Shown here: positions 9,883 through 20,503 of the stretch, in pieces | How the letters are laid out: every line of letters starts with the position of its first letter | How positions within the stretch are numbered: the stretch's first letter is position 1 | Assembly: GCA_965243025.1 (NCBI GenBank) | Contig: CBDETY010000003.1 | Coordinates: 6,560,001-6,624,000, forward strand | Direction: 5' to 3' | Length of the DNA: 64,000 nucleotides | DNA from: Candidatus Latescibacterota bacterium | Lineage (GTDB): Bacteria; Latescibacterota; UBA2968; UBA8231 | Notes under the pieces: model-generated | What the model saw: the letters and a program-made list of their open reading frames with translations, nothing else | Database searches by the model: none | Told to the model about the DNA's origin: nothing | Made by a program: the position numbers and the translations under genes

Positions 9883-10465
9883 CCGCTGGAATCAGGCGGC
9901 CATTAAATGTGACACCAATTACCGCTCCGGAAAGTCCTGGTGTGTGACAGCACGCTATGGCTCTTGAAGGAGGAGTCCGCCTCGCCTTCGCGCTTGCGAA
10001 AGCGACGGAATTCCAAGGGATAGTGCGTAATCCAACGATTCAGGCAGGACGGGTCCGTGGTCTCCACAGACTCCGCGTTTATCGCCAATACGTTTTTTCG
10101 CTCGCTCACCACAAGCCCGGTCGGGTAAAGGACTCTGTCACGGGGCTCACGGATGGATCTCCGGGATCCCCAGCATCCTGCCGGCGGCGGCGGTTGTACG
10201 AAGCGATTTCTGTCAAAGGAGACCTCGCGGAGGCGCGGCAATTGTGTCGGCAACTCGCTCCGCTGATGCGGTTTTCTATTTCGGGGCCCATCACTCGAAG
10301 GGCGACGGCGCCCATGTTGTCAGCTCGATGAAGGGGCGCTGAACATGGTCGGTCCACCGGTGGGTGATCCGGACCCGCCAATCAACCGCTCCAGGCAGAG
10401 CATCGTCGAACACTGACCGCCATGCTCCGCGACCTCGGCCACACTCTCAACGAGGACGCGGTCTG

Positions 10466-11569
10466 ATGAATAGCACGCTCACCTCTCAACCAGGAAGACA
10501 GGCAAACAAAATGGTCATCACAGACGTAGAGCTGCGCGTAGTAGAGAAAGCACCGGACCAGGAGGTCGTCGTCATCACGGTCAGGACGGACGCCGGCATC
10601 GACGGCCACAGCATGGGGTGGGGCATCAGGGGAGGCGTGCGCCTGGCGGAGGAGATCGCCGCCGTCATCCGTCCCGAGCTGATCGGCGAAGACCCTGTCC
10701 GGCGGGAGCATCTATACCATAAGATCATGCGGGCAGACCGGTGGGGAGGGCATCTGCCGATAACCGCCCACGGCCCCGTCGACGTCGCTCTCTGGGACAT
10801 CACCGCCAAGCAGGCTGGCCTGCCCCTCTACCAGCTGGCCGGCGGTTACCGGGACAAGATCATGGCCTACGCCACGGGTCCCAAGTACCCGACGCCAGAG
10901 GAATACGTCGCCGAGGGGCTGCGCGCGGCCGCACAGGGATTCAAGGCCTACAAGCTGCACCCGTACGGGGATGCCGCCCTCGACGTCGAGTGCTGCCGTC
11001 AGGTGCGCGAGGTCCTGGGACCGGACTTCATTCTGATGAGCGACCCGGTCGGGGCCTACGATTTCGAGGACGCCATGCGAGTGGGGAGGGCCCTGGAGAA
11101 ACTCGACTATTTCTGGTACGAAGAGCCGCTATACGATTACGACATCCACAACTACGTGAGGCTCACTCAGGCACTCGACATCCCCATCGCCGGCGTCGAA
11201 TGGGCGTCCGGCGGTCATCACCTGGCCGCCGAGTATATCACGCGCGGCGCCGTCGACATCGTCCGCAGCGACGTCTCCTGGAAGGGCGGGTTCACCGGTT
11301 ATCTGAAGACCGCCCACCTGTGCGAGGCCTTCGGACTCAACTGCGAGATCCACCTGGCTGTCCATTCCCTGCTCAACCTGGCGAACCTTCACGCCGCCTG
11401 CGGCGTGCGAAATTGCCGCTTTCTCGAGTTGACCGTCGATATCGACAACTTCGCCATCGCGCCGATGACCTTGGACGCGGAAGGCTACGTCCACTGCCCG
11501 CAGGAGCCCGGCCTCGGGGGCCAGCTGGATTGGGATCTGCTGGAGGCGAAAACGATCCGCACCGTGTGA
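10466..11569 (+). CDS. Mandelate racemase/muconate lactonizing enzyme (enolase superfamily) protein
   Basis: DVALWDITAKQAGLPLYQLAGG, YKLH, WYEEP and PGLG motifs. The start could instead be ATG 10511. Confidence 0.9.
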   Translation: MNSTLTSQPGRQANKMVITDVELRVVEKAPDQEVVVITVRTDAGIDGHSMGWGIRGGVRLAEEIAAVIRPELIGEDPVRREHLYHKIMRADRWGGHLPITAHGPVDVALWDITAKQAGLPLYQLAGGYRDKIMAYATGPKYPTPEEYVAEGLRAAAQGFKAYKLHPYGDAALDVECCRQVREVLGPDFILMSDPVGAYDFEDAMRVGRALEKLDYFWYEEPLYDYDIHNYVRLTQALDIPIAGVEWASGGHHLAAEYITRGAVDIVRSDVSWKGGFTGYLKTAHLCEAFGLNCEIHLAVHSLLNLANLHAACGVRNCRFLELTVDIDNFAIAPMTLDAEGYVHCPQEPGLGGQLDWDLLEAKTIRTV

Positions 11570-11837
11570 GCGCTCCAGAGTGGGGATTTCGGTGAAAATA
11601 ACCAGCAGTTCCGGAGGAAAGTTACCTCAGGGCGTCCTGCGGGCTCTTCTCGACGAGACCGCAGAGCTCGTCGATTTCGCCCTTCTGGATGATCAGGTGA
11701 AATACTCGTCTTGGCGAGCCACGCATCGCGCAGCTTCACGTCCTCGGCGTGTTTCTCCGGAGACGCGATACGCGTGCGCCAGCGAGGCGGACAGCCCGAG
11801 TTGTTGCGCCAGCGATTTGATCGTCGGTCTGTTCACC

Positions 11838-12581
11838 TCAGAAACTCGGTCGCATCTGCTCGAAATGGCACTCGTTCATGCGGCCGCGGACGAGGGCGAC
11901 TTTCCAGTTCCCCTCGGCACCCGCCGCCGGCCTGCTGTGTGCAGGAACGTAGATCGTGGCCATCCCACAGCGGCGGCGATTCGATCGGTTGGGTCGGCTG
12001 CCGTGTACCGTCATGCCGTGGTGGAGGGAGATCTGGCCGGCCTCGAGTTCGTTGTCGACCGCTCGGCTGAGCTCTTGCTCGCTCAACGGCACCTCCTGAT
12101 TGATGCTCAGGAGGTTACCGGCCTCCTTCGCTTTGCCGTGTTCGCGGAGTCCCCACTCATGCGAACCGGGAATGAACCGCACGCAGCCGTTGTCGGCGTC
12201 GGCGTCGTCGATCGCAATCCACGCGTTGACGGCGAAGGGCGGCTCCAGACCCCAATACGTGACGTCCTGGTGCCAGGCGACAAACTCGTCGGAAGGGCCA
12301 TACTTGCAGAACGTGCGGGTCGCCAGCAGGAGGATGTCGGGTCCCACCAGAGACTCGACGCAGTCCAGCACTTGCGGATTGGTAGCCAGATCCCAGGCGA
12401 ACGGCTCGTCGAAGTGGAGGTTTCCCAACCCCTCCGAGCACTTCTGGCGGCCGACGCGGGCCTGGAATTCGTCGAAGGCCCGACGGGCGCTGTCCACCTG
12501 CTCCTGCCCGGCAATATCGATGCCCGTAAGAAACCCATCGGTTTCGAAGGCCTGGACCTGATCGGCTGTCAGTCTAGTCAT
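11838..12581 (-). CDS. Phytanoyl-CoA dioxygenase (PhyH) family Fe(II)/2OG oxygenase
   Basis: WHQD (HxD), NGCVRFIPGSH and HGSRPNRSNRRR motifs. Confidence 0.92.
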   Translation of the reverse strand: MTRLTADQVQAFETDGFLTGIDIAGQEQVDSARRAFDEFQARVGRQKCSEGLGNLHFDEPFAWDLATNPQVLDCVESLVGPDILLLATRTFCKYGPSDEFVAWHQDVTYWGLEPPFAVNAWIAIDDADADNGCVRFIPGSHEWGLREHGKAKEAGNLLSINQEVPLSEQELSRAVDNELEAGQISLHHGMTVHGSRPNRSNRRRCGMATIYVPAHSRPAAGAEGNWKVALVRGRMNECHFEQMRPSF

Positions 12582-12669
12582 CTCGTGCTCCTCTTCAACC
12601 GCCGTAGGAATTGGCCGGCACCCCCCTGACGCCGGGGTCGATCCGGATGAGACAGCCCCGCCTGGTCAG

Positions 12670-12962
12670 GGCAGGCAATGCCAGGGCCGCGGGCGAACTC
12701 GGTCAGGTGCCGGCCTTTGGCCATTGCCCCGTCGGGGGCCATCACCTCGGACATCACCGGCGGCAAAGAGCCCGGCCAGCCTGGCAAGCTCCACCGCTCC
12801 CTCGGTATGACCCTGGCGGCCGATTATCCCCTCCGGGTGGGCGGCCAGGGGAAGCACGTGCCCGGGGATGACGATATCGGCGGGCCCGGTGTCCGGCTCG
12901 ATGGCGCGCCGGATGGAGGCCGCCCGGTCATGGGCCGATACGCCGGTGCCGATCCCGCCTCG
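12670..12962 (-). pseudogene. ribB: 3,4-dihydroxy-2-butanone-4-phosphate synthase remnant, truncated and frameshifted
   Basis: GTGVSAHDRAASIRRAIEPDTGPADIVIPGHVLPLAAHPEGIIGRQGHTEGAVELARLAGL, then a frameshift near 12758 to VMSEVMAPDGAMAKGRHLTEFAR. Confidence 0.8.
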
Positions 12963-13037
12963 GCTCGATGCCGGTCTTCACCGGGGGGGGCTCTTTTTTC
13001 GGTACATTCGCATGGCCCCGATTCGAGGAGAAACGCA

Positions 13038-14015
13038 ATGATCCATATCGCCGAAGTCCTGCCCCCTGACCCGACGCCGCTCTGGAGGATGGCAAAGCAA
13101 TGCGGCGTCGACCACGTGGTCGGCACCTTCGCCATCCCAGGGGACCCGGCCGGGGTCCACCCGGAGCAGCGGCCCTGGAGCTACACCAACCTCGTGAGAA
13201 TGAAGACCGCTTTCAACGACGGCGGTTTCTCCCTCGACGTCATCGAGAGCCGCCCGCCGCTCGACAGGGCGAAGCTGGGCCTCGCCGACAGGGACGAGGA
13301 GATCGGGTACGCCTGCGAGCTGATCCGCAACATGGGCAGGCTCGGCATCCCGGTCTGGTGCACGGAGTGGATGCCGGTACTGAACTGGACCCGCACATCG
13401 ATGGCGGCGCCCGGCCGCGGCGGCGCCATGGTCACCGGCTTCGACAACGAGCTGATGGAGAACGCGCCCCTGACCGACGCCGGGGTCGTCACCGAGGAGC
13501 AGCTCTGGGACAACCTGAAGTATTTCCTCGAAAGGGTCGTGCCGGTCGCCGAGGAAGCCGGCGTCAGGCTCGCCATGCACCCCGACGACCCGCCCCTGTC
13601 CCCCCTGCGCGGCATGGGGCGGATCATGCGCAGCGTCGAGAACTACCAGAAGCTCCTCGACCTCGCGCCGAGCCCGGCCAACGGCATCTGCCTGTGCCAG
13701 GGCAACTTCACCCTGATGACCGGCGACCTGCCCGGAGTCATCCGCCACTTCGGGGAGCGCATCCACTTCGTCCACTTCCGCGACGTGCGCGGCACGCCGG
13801 AGAAATTCGTCGAGACCTTCCACGACGAAGGCCAGACCGACATGCGCGCCTGCATGGAAGCCTACCGCGACATCGGCTTCGAGGGGGTTCTGCGGCCCGA
13901 CCACGTGCCGACGATGGAGGGGGACCAGAACGACAGGCCGGGTTACTCCTCGATCGGACGCCTGTTCGCCATCGGCTACATCAAGGGGTTGCGCGAGGCG
14001 GTGTACGCAGGCTGA
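13038..14015 (+). CDS. uxuA: Mannonate dehydratase (UxuA) family protein
   Basis: LWDNLKYFLERVVPVAEEAGVRLAMHPDDPP, CQGNF, HFRD and RPDHVP motifs; RBS GAGGAG. Confidence 0.92.
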   Translation: MIHIAEVLPPDPTPLWRMAKQCGVDHVVGTFAIPGDPAGVHPEQRPWSYTNLVRMKTAFNDGGFSLDVIESRPPLDRAKLGLADRDEEIGYACELIRNMGRLGIPVWCTEWMPVLNWTRTSMAAPGRGGAMVTGFDNELMENAPLTDAGVVTEEQLWDNLKYFLERVVPVAEEAGVRLAMHPDDPPLSPLRGMGRIMRSVENYQKLLDLAPSPANGICLCQGNFTLMTGDLPGVIRHFGERIHFVHFRDVRGTPEKFVETFHDEGQTDMRACMEAYRDIGFEGVLRPDHVPTMEGDQNDRPGYSSIGRLFAIGYIKGLREAVYAG

Positions 14016-14088
14016 CCCGGGGTTCTTTCTGTCGGGCCCGCGCACGGCACGGCTCAGCCCGGAGGCCGGTCGCCGGGTCCCGGGAAAC

Positions 14089-14127
14089 AAAAAAAAGGCG
14101 GCACCGGTCCGTTCGACCGGCGCCGCC
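14089..14127 (-). terminator. Intrinsic terminator of the Spy/CpxP-like gene
   Basis: On the minus strand GGCGGCGCCGGTC-GAACG-GACCGGTGCCGCC is followed by T8. Confidence 0.8.
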
Positions 14128-14149
14128 CCGTTTGGCCGAAGCTTCTGTA

Positions 14150-14581
14150 CTAGTGGTGCCGGCCCCCGCCGCGCTTGCCCCTGCCCCTGTGCTCGCCCCC
14201 GTGTTCGCCCCCCCGCTTGCCGCGGTTGCGGCGCTCTTCCCGCAACTCCTGCATGCGGGCGAACTGCTCGTCGGTCAACACCTCTTTCAGTTTGCCCTCG
14301 GTCTCCTCGCGCAGCGCCTGCATCTGCTCCCGGCCCTGGCGTCCGTTTTCGCGCCGAGTCTCGCGGTGCTCGGAGAACAGCTCCCTGCTCTTCTCCTTCC
14401 GGGCTTTGAGGATCGCGTCTACCTGCGTCTTCTGTTCGTCGCTCAGGCCGAGCTCCTCGAACAGGGGGGCGTGGTCTTTCCCGCGCCCGGTCTTCTTGTC
14501 CCCGGTCTCCGAGTCGGCGGTGGCTGGAAGCGTCCCCAGGATCAGGACGGCGGCAGCGGTGATGGACGTGATGGCCTTCAT
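14150..14581 (-). CDS. Spy/CpxP-like periplasmic helical protein
   Basis: Signal peptide, LGLSDEQ and VLTDEQ (LTxxQ-like) motifs, and a charged helical body. Confidence 0.75.
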   Translation of the reverse strand: MKAITSITAAAVLILGTLPATADSETGDKKTGRGKDHAPLFEELGLSDEQKTQVDAILKARKEKSRELFSEHRETRRENGRQGREQMQALREETEGKLKEVLTDEQFARMQELREERRNRGKRGGEHGGEHRGRGKRGGGRHH

Positions 14582-14643
14582 GGCGTTCCTCCAATCGTGC
14601 GGGTTACGGCGCGGCTGATTCCGGGCCGTTGTCGGCTTTCACG

Positions 14644-14675
14644 CCATTGGACAACGCGGATCCTTCGTTCATTCC
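14644..14675 (-). promoter_or_regulatory. Putative ECF sigma promoter GGAATGAA-N12-GTTGTCCAATGG
   Basis: The identical bipartite motif, with the same spacing, lies at the start of the ECF sigma gene (36859-36890). Confidence 0.75.
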
Positions 14676-14820
14676 CATTTTTTTGGGCGGAGGCAGCGAA
14701 GCTGAAAACCTTTAATCTCCATTTCTGGTCCATATTTGGAGTTTTCGTCTCCACGTTGCGCTTTTCAGACCCTTTCGTAGACACCAGAAGCGGCACGCTG
14801 CTACTTCACCCGAAAAAGCG

Positions 14821-16809
14821 ATGAAAACGGACCACCCTTCCCGAGGCGCCGCCGGAATCCGCCGCCCCGGCACCGGCGAGGCGGATCACCCCGGATACGT
14901 GCGCCCGGCGCGCGCGCTGCTGGCCGGCTCGGCCATGAGCGCCGCGGTCGCCTTCTGGGGCCCTTACAACTGCCTGGTCGTGCGCGGCTCCTACATGACC
15001 ATCGACTTCACCACCGCCGCGGCCATCTTCCTGCTCTTCGCCGCCGCCCTGTTCGTCAACGCGGCGCTGCGGCGCCTGCTTCCCGGCCTGTCGCTGTCGG
15101 CGGGAGAGCTGTCGATCACCTACCTGATGGCGGCCATCGCCTGCTCGATCTGCACCATGGGGCTGACCCTGTACCTGGTCCCGATCCTGCCGGCGATCTC
15201 CTACATGGCGACCACCGAGAACGAGTGGTCCCAGGACATCCACCCGCATGTGCCGGACTGGCTGGTGCCGCAGGGGGACGAGGCGATCCGCGCTTTCTAC
15301 GAGGGGGTGGCCCAGGGCGAGCCCATTCCCTGGATGGTCTGGATCAAGCCTCTCCTCGGGTGGGTCCCCGTGCTCCTCGGGCTCTACCTCGTGATGATCT
15401 CCCTGGCGGTGCTGTTCCGCCGCCAGTGGATGGAGCACGAGCGCCTGGCCTATCCCCTGGCCCAGCTGCCCCTGGTGATCTGCTCCCAGGAGCAGGGCCG
15501 GGCGCTGAACCGCTTCCTCCGCAACCCGGTGATGTGGGCGGGGTTCGCCATCCCCTTCCTCGTCACCTCGATGAACGGACTGCACGCCTACCTCAACTAC
15601 ATCCCGGGAGTCGACCTGTCGGCGAGGATCCCGGTCCTGCGGGGCCTCGAGCAGCTCTCCGTCAACGTCAGCTTCCCGATGATGGGGTTCGCCTACCTGA
15701 CCCCCCAGGAGGTGACCCTGAGCATCTGGCTGTTCTACCTGCTCGGGTACGCCCTCAAGGGGTACTTCACCTACATCGGCCTGTCGCGCTCCCTCAACCT
15801 CGACATCTACGGGCAGAGCGACGGCGGTCCGATCCTCTCCTACGTGCAGTTCGGCGCCCTGATGGCGCTCACCGGCTACACCCTGTGGACGGCGCGGAAG
15901 TACCTGAAGGGGAGCTGGCGGGCGGCGGTCCACGGCGAAGGGAGCGGCAGCGGCGAGTTCTCCATGCGCGGGGTGTACGTGCAGCTGATCCTGGGACTGG
16001 CGCTGATGGCGGGGTGGTTCATCGCCGCGGGGGTGCCCTGGTGGGCGGCGGCGACCTTCGTGCTGGTGGCCGCGGCGACCTTCCTCGGCATCACCCGCAT
16101 CCTCTGCGAGTCGGGCCTGGCGGCGACGCGGGCGCAGCTGATCACGCCCACGGTGGTGCGCACCTTGTACGGCACCTCGGTGCTGGGAGGGTCCGGGGCG
16201 GTGGGGGTGCTCGCCCTGGGGCAGGTCTGGATGAGCGACGTGCGCACCTTCGTCATGGCCTCGGCCGCAAACGGCCTCAAGGTGACCGAGGCGGTCGCGC
16301 GCAAGGGGGTCGTCCTGTGGAGCATGATCCTGGCGGTTCTGCTCGGGGTGGGGGTGTCGGTCTGGACGACCCTGTACTACGCGTACCAGTCCGGCGCCAA
16401 CAACGCCAATTCCTGGTTCTTCCTGAACGGCCCGCGCTACACCATCGACTTCGCCGCCCATTACCTGCGCACCCCGGTCGGCCCCGACCTGGCCGGGCTG
16501 GGACTGATGGGTCTGGGCGGGGCGATCATGCTCGGCCTCTACTGGGTGCGGGGCCACGTGCTGTCGTTCCCCGTCCACCCCATGGGGCTGGCGGTGTCGC
16601 AGATCATGCTGACCCGTCACATGTGGTTCAGCGTCTTTCTGGTCTGGCTCGTCAAGGCGGCGCTGATCCGCTACGGCGGGCCGAACCTGCTGCAGCGGGT
16701 GCGTCCCTTCTTCCTCGGCCTGATCCTCGGGCAGTTCGCCGCCATCGCCTTCTGGCTGGCGGTCGACCTGGTGACCGGCGCCCAGGGGCACGGCCTCTAC
16801 TGGGTGTAG
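14821..16809 (+). CDS. DUF6785/DUF6784-type polytopic membrane protein (putative transporter)
   Basis: 662 aa with many TM helices; QWMEHERLAYPLAQLP and PVHPMG...RYGG...PFFLGLILG. Confidence 0.8.
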   Translation: MKTDHPSRGAAGIRRPGTGEADHPGYVRPARALLAGSAMSAAVAFWGPYNCLVVRGSYMTIDFTTAAAIFLLFAAALFVNAALRRLLPGLSLSAGELSITYLMAAIACSICTMGLTLYLVPILPAISYMATTENEWSQDIHPHVPDWLVPQGDEAIRAFYEGVAQGEPIPWMVWIKPLLGWVPVLLGLYLVMISLAVLFRRQWMEHERLAYPLAQLPLVICSQEQGRALNRFLRNPVMWAGFAIPFLVTSMNGLHAYLNYIPGVDLSARIPVLRGLEQLSVNVSFPMMGFAYLTPQEVTLSIWLFYLLGYALKGYFTYIGLSRSLNLDIYGQSDGGPILSYVQFGALMALTGYTLWTARKYLKGSWRAAVHGEGSGSGEFSMRGVYVQLILGLALMAGWFIAAGVPWWAAATFVLVAAATFLGITRILCESGLAATRAQLITPTVVRTLYGTSVLGGSGAVGVLALGQVWMSDVRTFVMASAANGLKVTEAVARKGVVLWSMILAVLLGVGVSVWTTLYYAYQSGANNANSWFFLNGPRYTIDFAAHYLRTPVGPDLAGLGLMGLGGAIMLGLYWVRGHVLSFPVHPMGLAVSQIMLTRHMWFSVFLVWLVKAALIRYGGPNLLQRVRPFFLGLILGQFAAIAFWLAVDLVTGAQGHGLYWV

Positions 16810-16871
16810 GGGCGGCCATGGGGGGCGGGGCCCCCGGGCAGTAGATTGATCCGAACTCGAGGAGGTGGGAA

Positions 16872-17645
16872 ATGTTCCGACTGTCGGTCTGTGAAGGCAC
16901 CGTGTTGCGGAGACTGTCGTTTCTGGAGCGGGTACGCTCCATCGCCCGGGCCGGATTCGGGGTCGACCTGTGGGGTTGGGAGGACGGCGACATCGACAGG
17001 ATTGCAGGCGATCCGGATATCGAAATCTGCGCCATGCCCGGCTGGGTCGGCGGCAGCATGGTTCACCCTGACGGAGTCGAGTCCTACCTCGCCGGGGTGA
17101 AGGAGAACCTGGCCGTTGCCGAACGTTTCGGGTGCCGCAACCTGAGCATTACCACCGGCGCGCTCGACGCCCAGGGGCGGATGGCCCACGCCGTCGCCGC
17201 GCATCCCGCGGCGATGTGGATCTCCGCCTACAAGTGCCTGTCCCGGGTGGCGGAGCTGGCCGAAAGGCACGGTGTCGTCTACAGCCTGGAACAGCTGAAC
17301 ACCAAGGTGGACCATGCCGGCTACCCCCTGCCTCGCACGGAAGACGTGGTGCGGCTTATCGAACAGGTCGGCAGCCCGCGCATCCGGTTGTTGTGCGACA
17401 TCTACCACATCCAGGTGGAAGAGGGGAACGTCGTCCAGTCGATCCGCGACTACCGCGGGTACATCGGCTACGTGCACGTGGCGGACGTACCGGGCCGGCA
17501 TGAGCCGGGCACGGGGGAGATCGACTACCGGCGAATCGCGGCGGTGCTGCGCGAGGTGGGTTACGACGGGGTGATCGGCATGGAGGCGTTTCCCGAAGCC
17601 GGCGACCTCGAGGCCATGGAGCGTTTCCGGGCCCTGTTCAGCTGA
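16872..17645 (+). CDS. Hydroxypyruvate isomerase family TIM-barrel protein
   Basis: LEQLNTKVDHAGY, DIYHIQVEEGN and HVADVPGRHEPGTGEIDY motifs. Confidence 0.9.
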   Translation: MFRLSVCEGTVLRRLSFLERVRSIARAGFGVDLWGWEDGDIDRIAGDPDIEICAMPGWVGGSMVHPDGVESYLAGVKENLAVAERFGCRNLSITTGALDAQGRMAHAVAAHPAAMWISAYKCLSRVAELAERHGVVYSLEQLNTKVDHAGYPLPRTEDVVRLIEQVGSPRIRLLCDIYHIQVEEGNVVQSIRDYRGYIGYVHVADVPGRHEPGTGEIDYRRIAAVLREVGYDGVIGMEAFPEAGDLEAMERFRALFS

Positions 17646-17758
17646 GACAGTTCCGGGTGAAGCGGGACCTGATGCGCCAGGAATACCTGGTATCCGTGCA
17701 CTGATCGGCCCCGGGCATTCACGAGCCCCTCTCGACGTGGGGCACTGGCCGTCTCCTT

Positions 17759-18481
17759 TCAGGCAGGCTGATAGGCGGAGGGCTCCAGCACGACGATGGT
17801 GGGGCGGCCCGGCCCCAAAGGAGGCAGGGGAAACGTCACCGTGTGATGACGCGGGTAGATGACGGGATCGCGGGGCCGCCGTTCGAGAAACGCGTCGACC
17901 CTGGTCATCCCAGCGGTGAGCGGCGGCAGGTTGTAGTGCATCGGCACGATCCATGCCGGGTTCAGGAAGTCGATCATCGGATCGAGCTCGTCCAGCCGCA
18001 GGGTCAGATTCTCACCGACAAGGGCAAGCAGCACGTCGCAGCGGCCGGCGAAGGGGGCGAGTTCGTCTGCTCCGATCCCGTACCCCAGGTCGCCCATGTG
18101 CAGGAACCAGAGGCCGCCGGCCCTGAAAGCGTAGAGCGCGTTGTCGTCCGGGCTTTCAGGGTGGTGCGGTGCCTCGGCCGCCTGCACGGCAACCATCGGC
18201 TCGCCATTGATGTGCACCCGGCGCCGGCCCCGGGCGATGTCCAGGGCGTCGATCACCCGGGGCTTCCCCTCGACGGCCTGGTAGTGTGAATGCCCCTCGT
18301 CCGTCAGCGAGCTGACGATAACCGTATCCGCCTGCAGCCGGAAGTCGAGGACGTCGGGATCGGCTATTCCGCAGGCCGCGGAAACGACCTCGGGATTGTA
18401 GGGGTCCATGGCGAGGGTCGGGCCCTCGTCCTGCCTCAGACGAAAGCATGCGAGTCCAACCCACTCAAGATGCACGGCCAT
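17759..18481 (-). CDS. MBL-fold metallo-hydrolase (divergent)
   Basis: WVGLACF, MDPY, LHMGDLG and IVPMHY motifs; the HxHxDH motif is degenerate (SLTDEGHSH). Confidence 0.8.
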   Translation of the reverse strand: MAVHLEWVGLACFRLRQDEGPTLAMDPYNPEVVSAACGIADPDVLDFRLQADTVIVSSLTDEGHSHYQAVEGKPRVIDALDIARGRRRVHINGEPMVAVQAAEAPHHPESPDDNALYAFRAGGLWFLHMGDLGYGIGADELAPFAGRCDVLLALVGENLTLRLDELDPMIDFLNPAWIVPMHYNLPPLTAGMTRVDAFLERRPRDPVIYPRHHTVTFPLPPLGPGRPTIVVLEPSAYQPA

Positions 18482-18485
18482 GCTG

Positions 18486-19496
18486 TCAGTCTCCCCCTTT
18501 TTGCGTCAGGCCGCCGGCCCGGTCGATGCCGGCTATCTCCCACCACTTGGCCCCGGACGGCTTCTCGATCACCAGCGGCTTGAGGAACGACACCGATTTT
18601 CCAAGGCCCTCTTCCACCTCGAAGTACTCGCTTTCCATCTCGACCGAGATCACGTGATCGTAGCCGAGGAGGCGCAGTGTTGAAATGAACTCGCGCCAGG
18701 CCGCTTCGTCGTGGCCCCAGCCGGCCAGCGTATAGGTCCAGGAGCGGTCGGCGAACTGCCCGGTGGAGGTGGCGTCCATCATGCCGCGCACCCGGGCGTT
18801 GTGCCGGGAGACCAGGATGTCCTTGGCGTGGACGTGCTGGACCAGCGGACCCAGGAAATGCACCGCCTCCACCGGGTCGATTCCCTGGTACCACATGTGC
18901 GAGATGTCGAAATTGCAGGCCGCGACCGGGCCGATCTCCTCGCGGAGCCGCTTCAATGTCACCGGGTTGTGGATCATGTCGCCGCCGTGCATTTCGAAGC
19001 AGAGCGTCACCCCGTGGTCGGCGGCGATCTTCCCGTGCTCGCGCCAGTACGGGAGCAGGCGCTGTTCCCACTGCCATTCGAGGCTGTCGCGCAGAAAAGG
19101 CCAATCGGCGAAGGTCACCCAGTTGGGAGCGGTGTCCCCCTCGGCCCCTTCCGGGAGGCCGGCGAGCAACGTCATGCTCCGGAGGCCGGACAGCTCCATG
19201 AGCTCGCAGGTCTGCCGGAACTCGCGCGAGTACTCCGCGGCGACCGCTTTGTCGGGCATGAGCGGCGCCCCGTGTCCCCCGAGGGCGCTGATCTCGAGAT
19301 CATGGCGGGCGAAGGCGTCCAGCCAGCGCTCGATTTCCCCCCTGTCGGCGAGGAGCTTAGCGAGATCGCAATACCCCCGGCCCCATAGTCCGAAGGCACC
19401 CACCTCTACCGCCTGAAATCCCATGTTCCGGGCGTACTGCAGACCTTCCCCGAACTCGAACTGCTCCAGGTTCTGCGAAATCACGCCGAGTTTCAT
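18486..19496 (-). CDS. Sugar phosphate isomerase/epimerase (xylose isomerase-like TIM barrel)
   Basis: FEMHGG, NFDISH, HVHAKD and SVEME motifs. Confidence 0.88.
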   Translation of the reverse strand: MKLGVISQNLEQFEFGEGLQYARNMGFQAVEVGAFGLWGRGYCDLAKLLADRGEIERWLDAFARHDLEISALGGHGAPLMPDKAVAAEYSREFRQTCELMELSGLRSMTLLAGLPEGAEGDTAPNWVTFADWPFLRDSLEWQWEQRLLPYWREHGKIAADHGVTLCFEMHGGDMIHNPVTLKRLREEIGPVAACNFDISHMWYQGIDPVEAVHFLGPLVQHVHAKDILVSRHNARVRGMMDATSTGQFADRSWTYTLAGWGHDEAAWREFISTLRLLGYDHVISVEMESEYFEVEEGLGKSVSFLKPLVIEKPSGAKWWEIAGIDRAGGLTQKGGD

Positions 19497-19606
19497 GCCC
19501 ATCACCTTTCGAGCGACAGCTGACGGATGTTTGTGTCAGGACCGGAATCGACTGAACGCCACCCGGCCGTGTCCATGATCCCACGCCCTGCTCACACCCC
19601 CGCCGG

Positions 19607-20407
19607 TCAGCTGGCCCCGAGCGCCTCCTGAAATCGAGACAGCGTTCCGGTCAGGGCCTGGCGCTTCAGGACGAGGTCGACCCCCACGAAGAAGACCCGG
19701 ACGCCGAGGTCGCGGTAGTACTCCGCCTCTTCGATGCTGAATGCGCCGGCCGTCGTGATCCTGCCGGCCTCGGCCGCGGCTCTGAGAACCCGCTCGATCT
19801 TCGGGGCCTGGCGCGTCCTGGCCTCGTCGCCGAAGAGCCCGAGACCGACTGCCCAGTCCATCGGACCCACAGTGACCATGTCGATGCCTTCGACCGCGAG
19901 GATCCCTTCCAGCGCATCGCAGGCCTCGTCGCTCTCGATCATCACCATCAGATGGGTGGAGTCATTGGCCTCGCGCAGTCTCTTCCGCGGGTCGGAACCC
20001 ATGGTGAAGTCGGTGCCGGCGCTGGAGCTGGAGACGCCGCGCTGCCCCAGGGGCGGGTACTTGCCCAGTTCGACGAAGCGGGCCGCCTCCCCGGCGTTGC
20101 GCACGTCGGGTAGCGCCAGCACCTGTATGCCTCCGTCGAGCAGGCGCTGCACCTGGGTGCGCGACAGCTCCGGCATGCGCACGAGCGGCACCATGCCGAG
20201 GTGAGTGATGGTACGGCCCAGCCGCAGGGTCTCGGCCGTGGACTGGGGGCCGTGCTCCATGTCGAGCCAGACGACGTGGTAGCCGGCCTGCGCCATCAAC
20301 TCGATGTCGGTGAGGGTGGCGTCGCGGCAGATCACCCCGTACAGGGTTTCGTGTTCGTCAAGCAATTCTCCGAGGCGGTTGCTCAGGGGCTGAGGCGCGT
20401 TCTCCAT
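19607..20407 (-). CDS. HpcH/HpaI aldolase family protein
   Basis: WLDMEHG, KYPPLGQRG, MIES and VGPMD motifs. Confidence 0.9.
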   Translation of the reverse strand: MENAPQPLSNRLGELLDEHETLYGVICRDATLTDIELMAQAGYHVVWLDMEHGPQSTAETLRLGRTITHLGMVPLVRMPELSRTQVQRLLDGGIQVLALPDVRNAGEAARFVELGKYPPLGQRGVSSSSAGTDFTMGSDPRKRLREANDSTHLMVMIESDEACDALEGILAVEGIDMVTVGPMDWAVGLGLFGDEARTRQAPKIERVLRAAAEAGRITTAGAFSIEEAEYYRDLGVRVFFVGVDLVLKRQALTGTLSRFQEALGAS

Positions 20408-20503
20408 GGTTTTTCCCTTGATCCAGCGTGGTTGACAAGGTCTGCTTATTGGGCGGCCATCCTGTCATATGCCGCGGATCGCGACGGCCATCCGTGGAAA
20501 CCG

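Noticed and set aside
9900-10460. Short ORFs or a mobile-element end in this intergenic stretch
   Set aside because: No protein motifs, paired terminal repeats or second copy could be identified.
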